Source of the DNA: an uncultured Gemmatimonadales bacterium
Lineage (GTDB): Bacteria; Gemmatimonadota; Gemmatimonadetes; Gemmatimonadales; GWC2-71-9
Direction: 5' to 3'
Assembly (NCBI GenBank): GCA_963821525.1
Contig: CAWGED010000005.1
Coordinates: forward strand, 672,001-736,000
DNA length: 64,000 nt
The notes below the pieces were generated by a model. It was given only the letters and a program-made list of their open reading frames with translations. It ran no database searches and had not been told where the DNA came from. Positions 1 to 10,077 of this stretch are shown in pieces. A program made the position numbers and the translations under genes. Numbering within the stretch: the stretch's first letter is position 1; each line of letters begins with the position of its first letter.

Positions 1-590
1 TTAACCTCGATCAGGGTACCCTGGCCCACGTTGAAGCGGGCTTGGGCCAGCTGAAGGAAACTCTGGTTCCGTTCCACCTGCTGGCGCGACACCGTGACCT
101 GAGCAGCGCTCGCCGCGGCGATCAGGTACTGGTTGGTGATGTTATACCGCAGCAACACTCCTTCGTTGTCGATCTCTTCATCGGTGGCTTTGAGGTTCGC
201 CTTCTGCTGGCTGGGCGCGATCAACCGGCCGCCATCCAGCTGGTAGGTGAGCCTCCCTTGCCAGTACGACTGGACGAATGCCGACGTTTGCTGAGTGAAG
301 CCCTGGCCCAGGTTTGCCTGACCGGTACCGACGTATCCGAACCCGCCGCCAACATCGGCTCCGGGAAGCAGGTTCCCGTAAGCGTTCCTCAGCGCCCATT
401 TCGCGGGCCCCGCGTTGTTCAGGAACTGGCGGTATTCGGGGCTGCTGGTCTTCGCCTCGGACAACGCCTGCTCGAGCGACAGGGTGACACTTGGAGGGGG
501 GATCGTCGAATCGGGAGTCTGCGCCGTGGCCGCGCTAGCGCACACAACAAGCCGGATCAGGCTGGCGGAAAGGGTCCAGCTGCGTCGCAT
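1..590 (-). CDS. TolC family outer membrane protein (5' part; runs off the window edge)
   Basis: Own translation from ATG at 590, absent from the ORF track: MRRSWTLSASLIRLVVCASAATAQ (signal peptide)...VTLSLEQALSEAKTSSPEY...AYGNLLP...QVERNQSFLQLAQARFNVGQGTLIEV, typical outer membrane efflux protein motifs. Confidence 0.85.
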   Translation of the reverse strand, partial: MRRSWTLSASLIRLVVCASAATAQTPDSTIPPPSVTLSLEQALSEAKTSSPEYRQFLNNAGPAKWALRNAYGNLLPGADVGGGFGYVGTGQANLGQGFTQQTSAFVQSYWQGRLTYQLDGGRLIAPSQQKANLKATDEEIDNEGVLLRYNITNQYLIAAASAAQVTVSRQQVERNQSFLQLAQARFNVGQGTLIEV

Positions 591-705
591 GGTTGCATCC
601 CAAATGATTGGTGGTAAACGCGGCTGCCCCTCATACGGAGTGGGCATCCAGGCAGTTTCAGCTTGGGACAAGCCGGGCAAAAGGGGGCGCCGACAAAAGG
701 TTACC

Positions 706-1383
706 TCAGGGTGCGCGGGCCGCTTCGACGCCGAGGTCGGGTCGGACAATCCGGATCAACCTGCCTCCCGCGTCCAGCTGGATCTCCCCGCTGAGCCCCC
801 CGGTGAGCCGGATCTCTTGGATGGCGTCGTGGTCCGGGGGGTTGGTAGTAGCCGCTGGGACGCGCTCCGCCTGAAAGGCCAGCCTCCGGCCCGAGCGGGG
901 ATAGAGCGCAGTCATCGGAGTGGCCTTCTCCCCCACAAGTGCGACGATCTGGAGATATGGTGCAAAGAGGCTGTCCTCCAAGACAACGACCCCGGGGCCT
1001 CCGGGAAATTCGTTCGCACTTTCGCCGCCCCGCCCAACGACCCGGACCGTGATTCGGTTACGCCCGCCCGCGACCAGGATCTGGCTCGTGGCAACGCCTG
1101 TCCCGCGCCGATCGAGTAACAGGGTGAACGCATCAGGACCACTTCGCCCCCAAATGGCACTCATCTCGAGCGCAGGCTTGGTGGCCGGGAATCGGGCGAT
1201 TGAGGTAAGACTGTCCACGACACTTGGGTCAGATTTGTTCGGGACCCGACGGAATGACTCCCGGCCGATTTCCTGTCCACCCCTGCTGATGATGAGAACT
1301 CCCTGATCGCTTTGTGCCGAGACCGGGACTGGGCCGGCGCCGAGGCACACTATTAACGGCAGGATGCGCAGGGGAAGAGTCAT
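706..1383 (-). CDS. hypothetical exported protein
   Basis: ORF 706..1503 taken from ATG 1383: MTLPLRILPLIVCLGAGPVPVSAQ (signal-peptide-like); ATGA overlap with the upstream gene stop. Confidence 0.7.
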   Translation of the reverse strand: MTLPLRILPLIVCLGAGPVPVSAQSDQGVLIISRGGQEIGRESFRRVPNKSDPSVVDSLTSIARFPATKPALEMSAIWGRSGPDAFTLLLDRRGTGVATSQILVAGGRNRITVRVVGRGGESANEFPGGPGVVVLEDSLFAPYLQIVALVGEKATPMTALYPRSGRRLAFQAERVPAATTNPPDHDAIQEIRLTGGLSGEIQLDAGGRLIRIVRPDLGVEAARAP

Positions 1384-2033
1384 GCGGTATCGCGGGAAAA
1401 GGGAAAACAGCGGGACGCCACCCGATCCAGCATGAAAGTATAAATCCGCTGACCCACCTCGGCTGTCGCGCCGACCGGGATGGTCACGTTCTGATCCTGC
1501 CATATCTGGCCGCCAGCCAGGTAGAGGGCAAGCGACGTTTCGGCGGCCAACGGCGTGATGCTGCCGGCCGGCTCCCCGGCAAACTCCGCCGGGTCGAAGG
1601 TAGCCAGGTCGACTACCTGTAACCGGGCCTTGAGGGGCAGGATGGTGCCGAGGGCTTCAAGATGGGGATCGTAGGCCTGGGCCGAGAGGATGACGAACTC
1701 CTCGATCCCTGCCGACGCTTCCCACGAGGCGATAAGTTCGTTCATGACCCGGTGCAACGTCTTGCGCTGAAGCCCGGCCGAACCCGGAAGGCATAAGGTA
1801 TCCGGCCGATTGACCCCGAATGAAATGAGAGGCGATCGCACCACGCGAAATCGAGCCGAGAGATCGTCCGCCAAACGCTCGACCAGCGCCCCGATCACGC
1901 CAAGCGGGAGATGGGGCGCGTGTCCCTCGAGGGTTCCCACCGGGATGATGAGCCAGGGCCGGGCGGCGACCAGACCGCGAACTGCCGCAGCGGTCAGGTC
2001 TTTGAGGCACAACGGATGTCCGTTCTGATTCAT
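1380..2033 (-). CDS. creatininase family protein (degenerate metal-binding motifs)
   Basis: LIIPVGTLEGHAPHLPLG and FGV...LPGSAGL motifs match the creatininase fold; alternative start at 2039. Confidence 0.75.
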   Translation of the reverse strand: MNQNGHPLCLKDLTAAAVRGLVAARPWLIIPVGTLEGHAPHLPLGVIGALVERLADDLSARFRVVRSPLISFGVNRPDTLCLPGSAGLQRKTLHRVMNELIASWEASAGIEEFVILSAQAYDPHLEALGTILPLKARLQVVDLATFDPAEFAGEPAGSITPLAAETSLALYLAGGQIWQDQNVTIPVGATAEVGQRIYTFMLDRVASRCFPFSRDTA

Positions 2034-5000
2034 CGTCATGGCTGGTCTGCAATCATTGGCGCGACGGCTATTGCCGCCGCGGAGTGGCTGCGTCGTCCGG
2101 CGCCGGTCTGGACCCTCGCGGTCGCCGTGCTGCTCCTGGGTGCCATCTATCTCTCGTGGCCGCGTCGAGAGCGGTGGATGGTGGCTCTCTCCCTCGCCTT
2201 GGCGGCTTTGACTCTTGCCATGGCCATTGGCGGGCGTCGCTTGAGCTCCGTCGAGCACCAGTGGCCCGCGGTGCGGGAACGCTTGGTAACCCAGGCGTCC
2301 CAACAGCTCGAGACCGAACTCCGCCAGGCACTGCATCGGGCCGACGCCGCGGCCGCTAAGGCGCTCGAGGCCGCGAAGGGAGACCGCGCCGCGGCATTCA
2401 GCTCGCTCGCCCAGTCCACCAACTCGGCGGGCCCCGAACTCGGCCTCGCCATTCTCGAATCCACGGGAACGCCGTGGGCCTGGGCCGGGCGACACCGGCT
2501 GCTGCCCGACGCCGAGGGCGATTCGATCGCGGTTCGAGCCGATGGATATTACGTCGTGCTGGAGACGCGCCGCCACTCGCCCGAAGGCCGGGTGGTGGTG
2601 GCGAGCACCCTGATCTGGGCCCACTCCACCGCCCCCCGGCCCGAGGGGAGCTTGAGCGCGCGGTTCGCCGCCCGCACCCGGGTTGGCCTGGAGGTCTTCC
2701 CACCCGGCACTGCTCCGCACCAGAGCGACCTCTTCGATTTCGAAGAACCGACCACTGCAGGCCCCCGGCTTCTCTTCAGCGTCCTTCCGGTCCCGCCTGA
2801 CCAGGGTGAGGCCAAGGAACGGGAGCTGGCCGCGGCCGGACGCGGTGTCGCCGCTGCGGCCGTACTCGTACTCCTGATCGGAGTGCTCGGCGCAGCGGGG
2901 CCGGCCACGCTGCTGGCTTCGCTCGCCGGACTCCTCTGGCTCGGCCTTCGCTCTCCCGCGGGATCCGCGCTCGGGTTCGATGACCTGTTCTCCCCCGCCA
3001 CCTTCTTCCGTGCATCCTTCGGCCCATTTACCGCTTCGTCCGGGGCTCTGGGCCTCTCGAGTCTATTGCTCCTGCTCGCCGGAATCTGGCTCTGGCGTCG
3101 TAGCGCTCCGCGACAGCCCTGGCAGCGTGTTGTCGGGGTGCTCTTGCTCGGTGCGGCTCCGTCTTTTCTTACCGAGCTGGGCCGTGGCATCACTCCTCCA
3201 CTGAACGGTGTGTCGGCCCAGTTGTGGGCTACCTGGCAAGTAGTCCTGGCCCTGGCCGCCAGCGCCGTAATCGTGCTCGCCGCTGCGTGCTTGCGGCCCG
3301 GCTCTGAGAAAGAAGCGAGCGACCGGGGCCTGCTCCCGGGCGTGGGGGTCGCGCTCATCGCAGCGCTGATCGGCCTCAGGATCTGGAGTCCTCCCCTCGG
3401 CTATCCCACATGGTACACGCTACTCTGGTTGCTGGCACTTTTCCTGGTCGCTCGATCGACGCCACGCTGGGGAAGCGTTGTCGCCATCGCGCTCGTCGCG
3501 GGCAGTGCCGCGTCGCTGGTAACCTGGGCGGCCGTCCTTAACGGCCGCATCGTAGTGGCACAACGGGACCTTGGGAGACTCGGAGAAGTAGAGGATCCTC
3601 TGGCCGAACCGTTGCTCGAACGATTGGCGGAACAGCTCACGGCGCAAGGAGGAGTCCGAACCGCGGCGGAGATGTACGCCCTCTGGCGCACGTCCTATCT
3701 CGGAGAGCAGGACTATCCCGTGCGGCTCACCTTGTGGGGTGCTCGAGGTGAGCGGGTGGCCGATCTGTCGCTCGATGCGCTGGATCTGCCAACCCCATTG
3801 TTGTCGGCGCTGGTGCAGGGCATGGACAGCAGTATCAGCCGGACCGTCACCCGCGCGGCACGGGTCCCTGGACTGCACTACATCCTGATCCAGCGGTTGA
3901 GCGACGGCGATGTCTTCACGGCGGCTATCGGACCACGGACCCGACTGATCACGCCGACTCGGCTATCCCGGCTGCTGCGTCCCCCGGCTGAAGGCGCGCC
4001 CTTGTATGACCTCGCTCTCACCCCTCCCGGTGTGAGCACGGCTGGCGAACCGGCTCAGGTCGGTTGGCGGCGGGTAGGCTGGGAGGTTCGCAACGAGCGG
4101 CCACTGACCCTCTTCGGCGCGGTGCGACACGCCCATGCATCGGTCTCCCTGCACGCGCCGCTTTCGCTGGCTGTGCGGGGGGCGCTGCTCGTTCTGCTCG
4201 ATGCGACGGTGGTGATCATCATCTGGCTCCTGACCACGGTCCGACTCGATGGTCCGAGGCGGCGCTGGTCGTTCAAGCGGGTCGCTCGCTCGTTCCAGGT
4301 GCGTCTCGCCGCGACGCTGGCGGTGTTCTTCGTGGTTCCCGCCGCGGGATTCGCCGCGTGGAATTTCTCGCGCTTCGATGCCGAGGCCGCACGGAGCCGT
4401 GACCTGTTGATCTCCCAGGTACTCCGCGATGCGGTCTTCACCGCGGGCGGCCTGCTGCGTGGTCCGGGAGAGATCCTGACCTTTGGGCTGCAGGAACTCT
4501 CGGACCGGCTCGATGCTGATCTCGCGCTCTACAGCGGCGGCACCTTGCTCGCTACCAGCGCGCCCATCCTCCACGACTTAGGTCTCGTGGAACCGCTGGT
4601 GGATCCCAGGGTCTTTGTCCGGCTGGGACTGGGGGACGAGATCGCGCAGATCAGAAACGGGACGACCTACATGTCACCGGTGCGGGTGGGCTATCGCGTG
4701 GTCCAGAGCGGCCCACCGGGCGGGATTGGCATCCTGGCGACGCCGCAGGTGGCGGACGACTGGTTCCTGGCGGAGACCCAGCGCGATCTCGCCTTCTTCC
4801 TACTGCTCGCGACGCTGGTGGGAATCGCAGCGGCTGTGGCTGCGGCACAGGTCGTCGCACGAGCGCTCGCTCGCCCGGTGGAGGAGCTCAGAACATCCGC
4901 ACTGTCACTGGGACGGGGAGAGACACCGCCACCGCCGGAGACGCCTCCGGTCGAATTCGAAGAGCTGTTCGGCGCCTTTGCACGGATGTCGTCTGACATT

Positions 5001-6038
5001 CGGTCGAGTCAGGCCGCACTCGAGAGCGCCCGTCGCCGAACGGCGGCGGTGCTGGCGGACGTTGCCACCGGTGTGCTGGCTCTCGATGCACGAGGTACAG
5101 TGATCATCGCGAATCCTCGCGCGCGAGAGATGCTGGGACACCCGCTGGCCGAGGGTGAAGGAATGGCCCCGGCGCTGGGTGCAGGGTGGGGGCCGCTCGC
5201 GAAAGCGATGGAGTCGTTCACTCAAGGCGGGCCCTCCGCCGGCGAATTGGAGATCGAAGGACGCCGGCTGCGCTATCAGCTGGAGAAACTGGGGACGGAC
5301 GTCGGTGGCACCGTGCTCTCGCTCGACGACATCACCGACGTGACCCAGGCAGAACGGGTGCTTGCCTGGGGAGAGATGGCCCGACAGGTCGCCCACGAAA
5401 TCAAGAACCCGCTCACCCCGCTCCGGCTCGGGATCCAGCACCTGAGGCGAGTCTATCGCGAACGTCGCAGCGAGTTCGACGAGACTCTGGAGACGACGTC
5501 GAGCCGGATCCTGGCGGAGATTGACCGGCTCGACACGATCGCGCGGGGGTTCAGCAGGTTCGGGTTGCCGCTGGAAGAGGCGGCTCCGCTGGAGAGTGTG
5601 GATCTCCTCGCCACCGCGCGAGAGGTAGCGGATCTCTACCGGCTCACCGGCGAGAGCGTCTCGGTGTCGGTGAAGGGCAACGGACCACTGTTGCGACCGG
5701 CCCGGCGTGACGAATTGAAGGAAGTGCTGGGGAATCTGGTGGAGAATGCACGGAATGCCGGTGCCAGCTCCATCGAACTGTCGGTGGGCAAGCCGGGATT
5801 CGCCGTGAAAGACAACGGCCGGGGAATACCCGCCGAGCTGTTACCGAAAATCTTCGAGCCCAGGTTCTCTACCACGACCAGCGGGTCGGGGCTGGGGCTC
5901 GCGATCGTGAAGCGGCTGGTCGAGAGCTGGGGTGCCGCGGTCGAGGTTCAGAGCGTGCCGCGCAAAGGCACCACGGTCGCTATCGCCTGGCCCGACGGAA
6001 CCGCTCAGGGGCCGGCGAGCGCCGGCGGCCCCCGGTAA
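2016..6038 (+). CDS. large multi-pass membrane sensor histidine kinase (NtrY-like HAMP-PAS-HisKA-HATPase C-terminus)
   Basis: WGEMARQVAHEIKNPLTP H-box, NLVENA N-box, DNGRGI, FSTTTSGSGLGLAIV G-boxes; many hydrophobic segments; ATG at 2016. Confidence 0.9.
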   Translation: MSVLIHRHGWSAIIGATAIAAAEWLRRPAPVWTLAVAVLLLGAIYLSWPRRERWMVALSLALAALTLAMAIGGRRLSSVEHQWPAVRERLVTQASQQLETELRQALHRADAAAAKALEAAKGDRAAAFSSLAQSTNSAGPELGLAILESTGTPWAWAGRHRLLPDAEGDSIAVRADGYYVVLETRRHSPEGRVVVASTLIWAHSTAPRPEGSLSARFAARTRVGLEVFPPGTAPHQSDLFDFEEPTTAGPRLLFSVLPVPPDQGEAKERELAAAGRGVAAAAVLVLLIGVLGAAGPATLLASLAGLLWLGLRSPAGSALGFDDLFSPATFFRASFGPFTASSGALGLSSLLLLLAGIWLWRRSAPRQPWQRVVGVLLLGAAPSFLTELGRGITPPLNGVSAQLWATWQVVLALAASAVIVLAAACLRPGSEKEASDRGLLPGVGVALIAALIGLRIWSPPLGYPTWYTLLWLLALFLVARSTPRWGSVVAIALVAGSAASLVTWAAVLNGRIVVAQRDLGRLGEVEDPLAEPLLERLAEQLTAQGGVRTAAEMYALWRTSYLGEQDYPVRLTLWGARGERVADLSLDALDLPTPLLSALVQGMDSSISRTVTRAARVPGLHYILIQRLSDGDVFTAAIGPRTRLITPTRLSRLLRPPAEGAPLYDLALTPPGVSTAGEPAQVGWRRVGWEVRNERPLTLFGAVRHAHASVSLHAPLSLAVRGALLVLLDATVVIIIWLLTTVRLDGPRRRWSFKRVARSFQVRLAATLAVFFVVPAAGFAAWNFSRFDAEAARSRDLLISQVLRDAVFTAGGLLRGPGEILTFGLQELSDRLDADLALYSGGTLLATSAPILHDLGLVEPLVDPRVFVRLGLGDEIAQIRNGTTYMSPVRVGYRVVQSGPPGGIGILATPQVADDWFLAETQRDLAFFLLLATLVGIAAAVAAAQVVARALARPVEELRTSALSLGRGETPPPPETPPVEFEELFGAFARMSSDIRSSQAALESARRRTAAVLADVATGVLALDARGTVIIANPRAREMLGHPLAEGEGMAPALGAGWGPLAKAMESFTQGGPSAGELEIEGRRLRYQLEKLGTDVGGTVLSLDDITDVTQAERVLAWGEMARQVAHEIKNPLTPLRLGIQHLRRVYRERRSEFDETLETTSSRILAEIDRLDTIARGFSRFGLPLEEAAPLESVDLLATAREVADLYRLTGESVSVSVKGNGPLLRPARRDELKEVLGNLVENARNAGASSIELSVGKPGFAVKDNGRGIPAELLPKIFEPRFSTTTSGSGLGLAIVKRLVESWGAAVEVQSVPRKGTTVAIAWPDGTAQGPASAGGPR

Positions 6039-6324
6039 CGCGGACCGCGTCCGGTCGGAGGTCCCGCGACGAGCTGCAGCGCCGCCTGCAATCTGGTCAG
6101 AACGTCGGCAACCCCCCAAGGATCTCTCGGCGCAGCGTCGGTCGACCACATCATGCGGCAGATGTGTAGCATGGTTGCGCACTCTCTCTCCGCGATGCAT
6201 CCTATCCGCCGGTTTGCCCCGCCTTGGCCGGGCCAGAGGGCAAGCCGGGGGGCGGCCCGACTTCTGCAAACCAGTCTTCTGCCTGTAATGCTGGTCCATC
6301 CGCCGCGTTCACAGGATCCTCCAA

Positions 6325-6786
6325 ATGAGCACCGAACCGATTCCGCAGGATCTGGTCGCCGTTCACGATCTGTTGCGGGAAACGCTTGCCAACTCTAGAG
6401 ATAGCGGCAGCGGCCTGGGCTATGGGATCGCGATTTTCCCGCGGACCGGACGATTTGGCGCGCCGGTTTTCGGCATCGCAACGAGTGGCGGGGAATCCAC
6501 AGTCCTGACTTACCGGATGCTACAGTCGCTGGTGGAAGTGCCGGTCTACGTCTCGGGTCGAATCCCCGCGACGGTGCGGGAGGGTCTGACCTATGGTCCG
6601 CCGCGCGTGATTCCGGCGGCGCTTCTCGATCAACCCGTGCTGCGGGTGGGTCTCACTCTCTGCATTGGCTCCAGTCGGGACGATCTCGAGCGCACCCAGC
6701 CGCTCGAATCCAGCATCTTCGCCGGCGATCTCAACGCACCGATCATTCTGCTCACCGAGATCAGGCCGGAGGGATGGCCGCACTGA
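6325..6786 (+). CDS. hypothetical protein
   Basis: 153-aa ATG ORF with protein-like composition in an otherwise unassigned gap. Confidence 0.6.
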   Translation: MSTEPIPQDLVAVHDLLRETLANSRDSGSGLGYGIAIFPRTGRFGAPVFGIATSGGESTVLTYRMLQSLVEVPVYVSGRIPATVREGLTYGPPRVIPAALLDQPVLRVGLTLCIGSSRDDLERTQPLESSIFAGDLNAPIILLTEIRPEGWPH

Positions 6787-6923
6787 ATTAGGCGAGTACC
6801 GAGACCCGTTGAGAAGGACTGAGGACTGAAGTAGCCCCCGCCCGTGTTTCCGCCCGGATGTCCTGCGCTGATTCAATCCCCAGATAGCTTTCGAGAGATT
6901 GCTTCACCACGACCACGACCGGC

Positions 6924-7558
6924 TTATTTCTTCCACTCGGAAACCGCGGTCTTCATTCGCTGCTGCACCGCCTTCAGACGCTGGTTGTCGGTCCGGTCGG
7001 GCGCGCCGCTGAGGAGATCCAGGATCCGCTCCGCTTCGATCCCCCAGCCCATGGCGATGAGGGCTCCATTCTTCGACCACTGCAACACTTTGGCAGCCGA
7101 GGCGGCCTGACGCTTACGTCCTTCAGTGATGAGCCGAGCTTGCGGATGTCGCCAATGGCGCCGATGGCCTCAACCAGGTCTTTGACGTCCTCGTACCGCA
7201 GCGGAAGCAGCTTGGTGGCCCACTTCCCGGCGACGAAGGCCACTCGCCACCGGTCCGTTTCAGGACTTCGTGATCCTTCCCCTCCGCCAGATCCTCCGCC
7301 CCTTCGATCAGGGACACGAGGGTAGGTGCCACCTCGATTCCGTAGAGCTCCTCAAGTTCCTTCTCCGTGCGGTTTCTTAGAGCCACTGGGCTGCAACTTA
7401 GGCTTCAGGTCCTTGAGAATCGCTGCGCAGGCCCCGATCGCCGCGTGCTCGGTCTGCAGGTGCAGCGTCACCTCTTTGTTCGGGGTTTTGGGCGCCATGT
7501 CCTGAATGGCCGTTTGGCGCTTTTGCAGCTTTTTAAGAGTCTCAGTGATGTCTTTCAT
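6924..7558 (-). CDS. hypothetical helical protein, split by several frameshifts
   Basis: Successive minus-strand fragments join: [15 protein letters not shown]... / ...[16 protein letters not shown]... / ...[21 protein letters not shown]... / ...[15 protein letters not shown]. Confidence 0.5.
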
Positions 7559-7754
7559 ACCCGCCTCGTCTATGCCGTGCCTGCCAAGTATTGGAGATCT
7601 GCTGCCAGGAAAAGGTACCAGCGCTGCAGCTCCGCGGCGATGCACTCCACAGCCTCCTCGTTCGCCGCAGCATTTCGTCGTCCCCCGCAGTTATTGGATA
7701 CCCGAGGATCTCGCTCGCCGCGCTAGAATCTGCGGTCACTCACCTCCTGGCCGC

Positions 7755-9309
7755 ATGCTCGCTCGAGTCCGCTCCGCCGCCGTACTCGGCATTGATGCCT
7801 ACCTGGTCGAGGTCGAAGCCGACCTCACCAACGGCCTCCCTTCCTTCTCGACCGTGGGCTTCCGCAGGGTGCGGTGAAGAAGGGCAGGGAACGCGTCTGC
7901 GCCGCGATGGTGAACGCCGGCTTCAACTACCCGCTCAAACGGATCACGATCAACCTGGCTCCGGCGGACGTCCGAAAGGACGGGTCCGCATTCGATCTGC
8001 CGATCGCGATCGCGCTGCTCATGGCGAGCGGCCAGGTTGGCGGCCGAGGGGTTGATCATCTCCTTTGCTAGGGTGAGCTCGGTCTCGAAGGAGATCTGCG
8101 TCCCTGTCCGGGGTGCGCTTTCCATGACACTCGCCGCTCGCGGCAGCGCGGGCTCGACGGTGTCGTCCTGCCGCCGAGAACGTGGATGAGGCGTCGGTGG
8201 TGGAGGGGATCACAGTGCACGGCGCGCGGACGCTGCTCGATGTCTGTGCCCATCTTACGGGAGACGCTCCGAGCAGCCACTCGCGATGTGGGCGAGCTGA
8301 TGGCGCGGCGGGAACACGACCTGGTGGACTTCGCGGATGTGAGAGGGCAGGCGGCGGCGAAGCGGGCGCTCGAGGTCGCGGCGGCGGGATCGCACAACGT
8401 TCTGCTGTCGGTCCGCCCGGCTCCGGGAAGACGATGCTGGCGCGGCGTCTGCCGACGATTCTGCCGCCCATGACGCTGGACGAGGCGCTGGAGACGACCC
8501 GGGTCCACAGCGTCGCGGGAATGCTGCCGGCGGGCGCTCGCTCTGTCGCCACGCGTCCGTTCCGCGCGCCTCATCACACCATCAGTGATGCCGGGTTGAT
8601 CGGCGGAGGCTCCGAATCCGCGGCCGGGAGAGGTCAGCCTGGCCCACGGGGGAGTGCTGTTCCTGGATGAGCTGCCGGAGTTCCGGAAGCAATGTGCTCG
8701 AGGTGCTGCGCCAGCCGCTGGAGGACGGCATCGTCACCCTGAGCCGCGCCGCGACGAGTCTCACCTATCCCGCCAGGCTCATGCTCGCGGCGGCGATGAA
8801 TCCCTGTCCCTGCGGGTACTCAGGCGATCCCACCCATAACTGCCGCTGCATCCCATCGGGTCGAGCGCTACCTGGGGCGGGTCTCGGGACCACTGCTCGA
8901 CCGGATCGACATTCATCTCGCGGTACCCGCCGTGCCGTGCGCGGAGCTGGCGGGAGAACGATCAGAAGAGCCGAGTGCCGCGGTCCGCGCCCGGGTCGAA
9001 GAGGCTCGGCAGAGGCAACAGGCCCGGTTCCGGGAGCAACCCGGCCTCTTCGCCAATGCGCACATGGCCTCGCGGGACATTCGCCGGTATTGTCGCCTGG
9101 CGGAGCCAGTCGAGAGCCTGCTCAGGACCGCGATCACCCGACTCGGCCTCTCCGCCCGGGCCTATCACCGCGTGCTCAAGCTGGCGCGGACGATTGCGGA
9201 TCTGGCCGGGGCAGGGGAGATCGGCGTTCCTCACATCAGCGAAGCGATCCAGTATCGGAGTCTGGATCGGACGCACCGGAAGGCGGCGCCGATGGTCGAA
9301 CGGCATTAA
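7755..9309 (+). CDS. comM: YifB/ComM family Mg-chelatase-like AAA+ ATPase (multiple frameshifts, probably sequence errors)
   Basis: [98 protein letters not shown] across frames. Confidence 0.9.
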
Positions 9310-9416
9310 GCCGGATTCCCTCGGACCCTGTTCCCGGTTAAATAGGGGCTGGGATCCCGGTAGACTCGCCTTCTCACGTTACCCGCTGATGGAGTCCAAA
9401 CCTGACGGACCCTTCC

Positions 9417-10077
9417 GTGGTGCAGAGCCTGATCGCCGAGGCGTTCGCGTTCTTCCTCCTCGCGTTCCCGCGCTCTTCTCCATCATCAACCCGCTGGGCG
9501 GAGCCTTCATCTTCCTCGCCGCAACCAGCCATCTCGCTCCCCGGGTCCGGAACAAGATGGCGCGGAAGATCGCCTTCTACAGCTTCGTCACCCTCGTCGT
9601 CTCCATGCTGATCGGAGCGTATGTGCTCAAGGTGTTCGGGATTTCGATGCCGGTGCTTCGGGTGGCAGGCGGGATCGTCATCGCGCTCTCGGCCTGGAAG
9701 ATGTTGACCGCAGACGACGAGGGCGAGAAGCAGAAGGCCGCACTGAGGACGCGAGCGGGCGCGAGGCCGAGACATGGCCTTCTACCCGCTTACGATGCCG
9801 GTGACGACCGGGCCGGGACCATCTCGTCGCGATTGCGCTGGGACCGGCAGCGCCCGACGCCGGTCCTGTTCGCCCTCGAGGCGTTTGCCACCGCGGCTCT
9901 ATCTGCCTTCTCATCTACTGGTTTTACGCGGGGTCGAGCCGGTTGGCGAAGGCGGTAGGGCCCACGGGAACATCAATCATCGCGCGTCTCTCCGCCTTCC
10001 TCCTGTTCTGCATCGGGATCCAGGTGCTGTGGAGCGGCTTTGCAGAGCTCCTCACCACACTACCGCACGTTCCCTGA
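9417..10077 (+). CDS. MarC family membrane protein (frameshifted)
   Basis: LFSIINPLGG, FGISMPVLRVAGGIV, AFYPLTMPVTTGPG, RLSAFLLFCIGIQ motifs. Confidence 0.85.
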
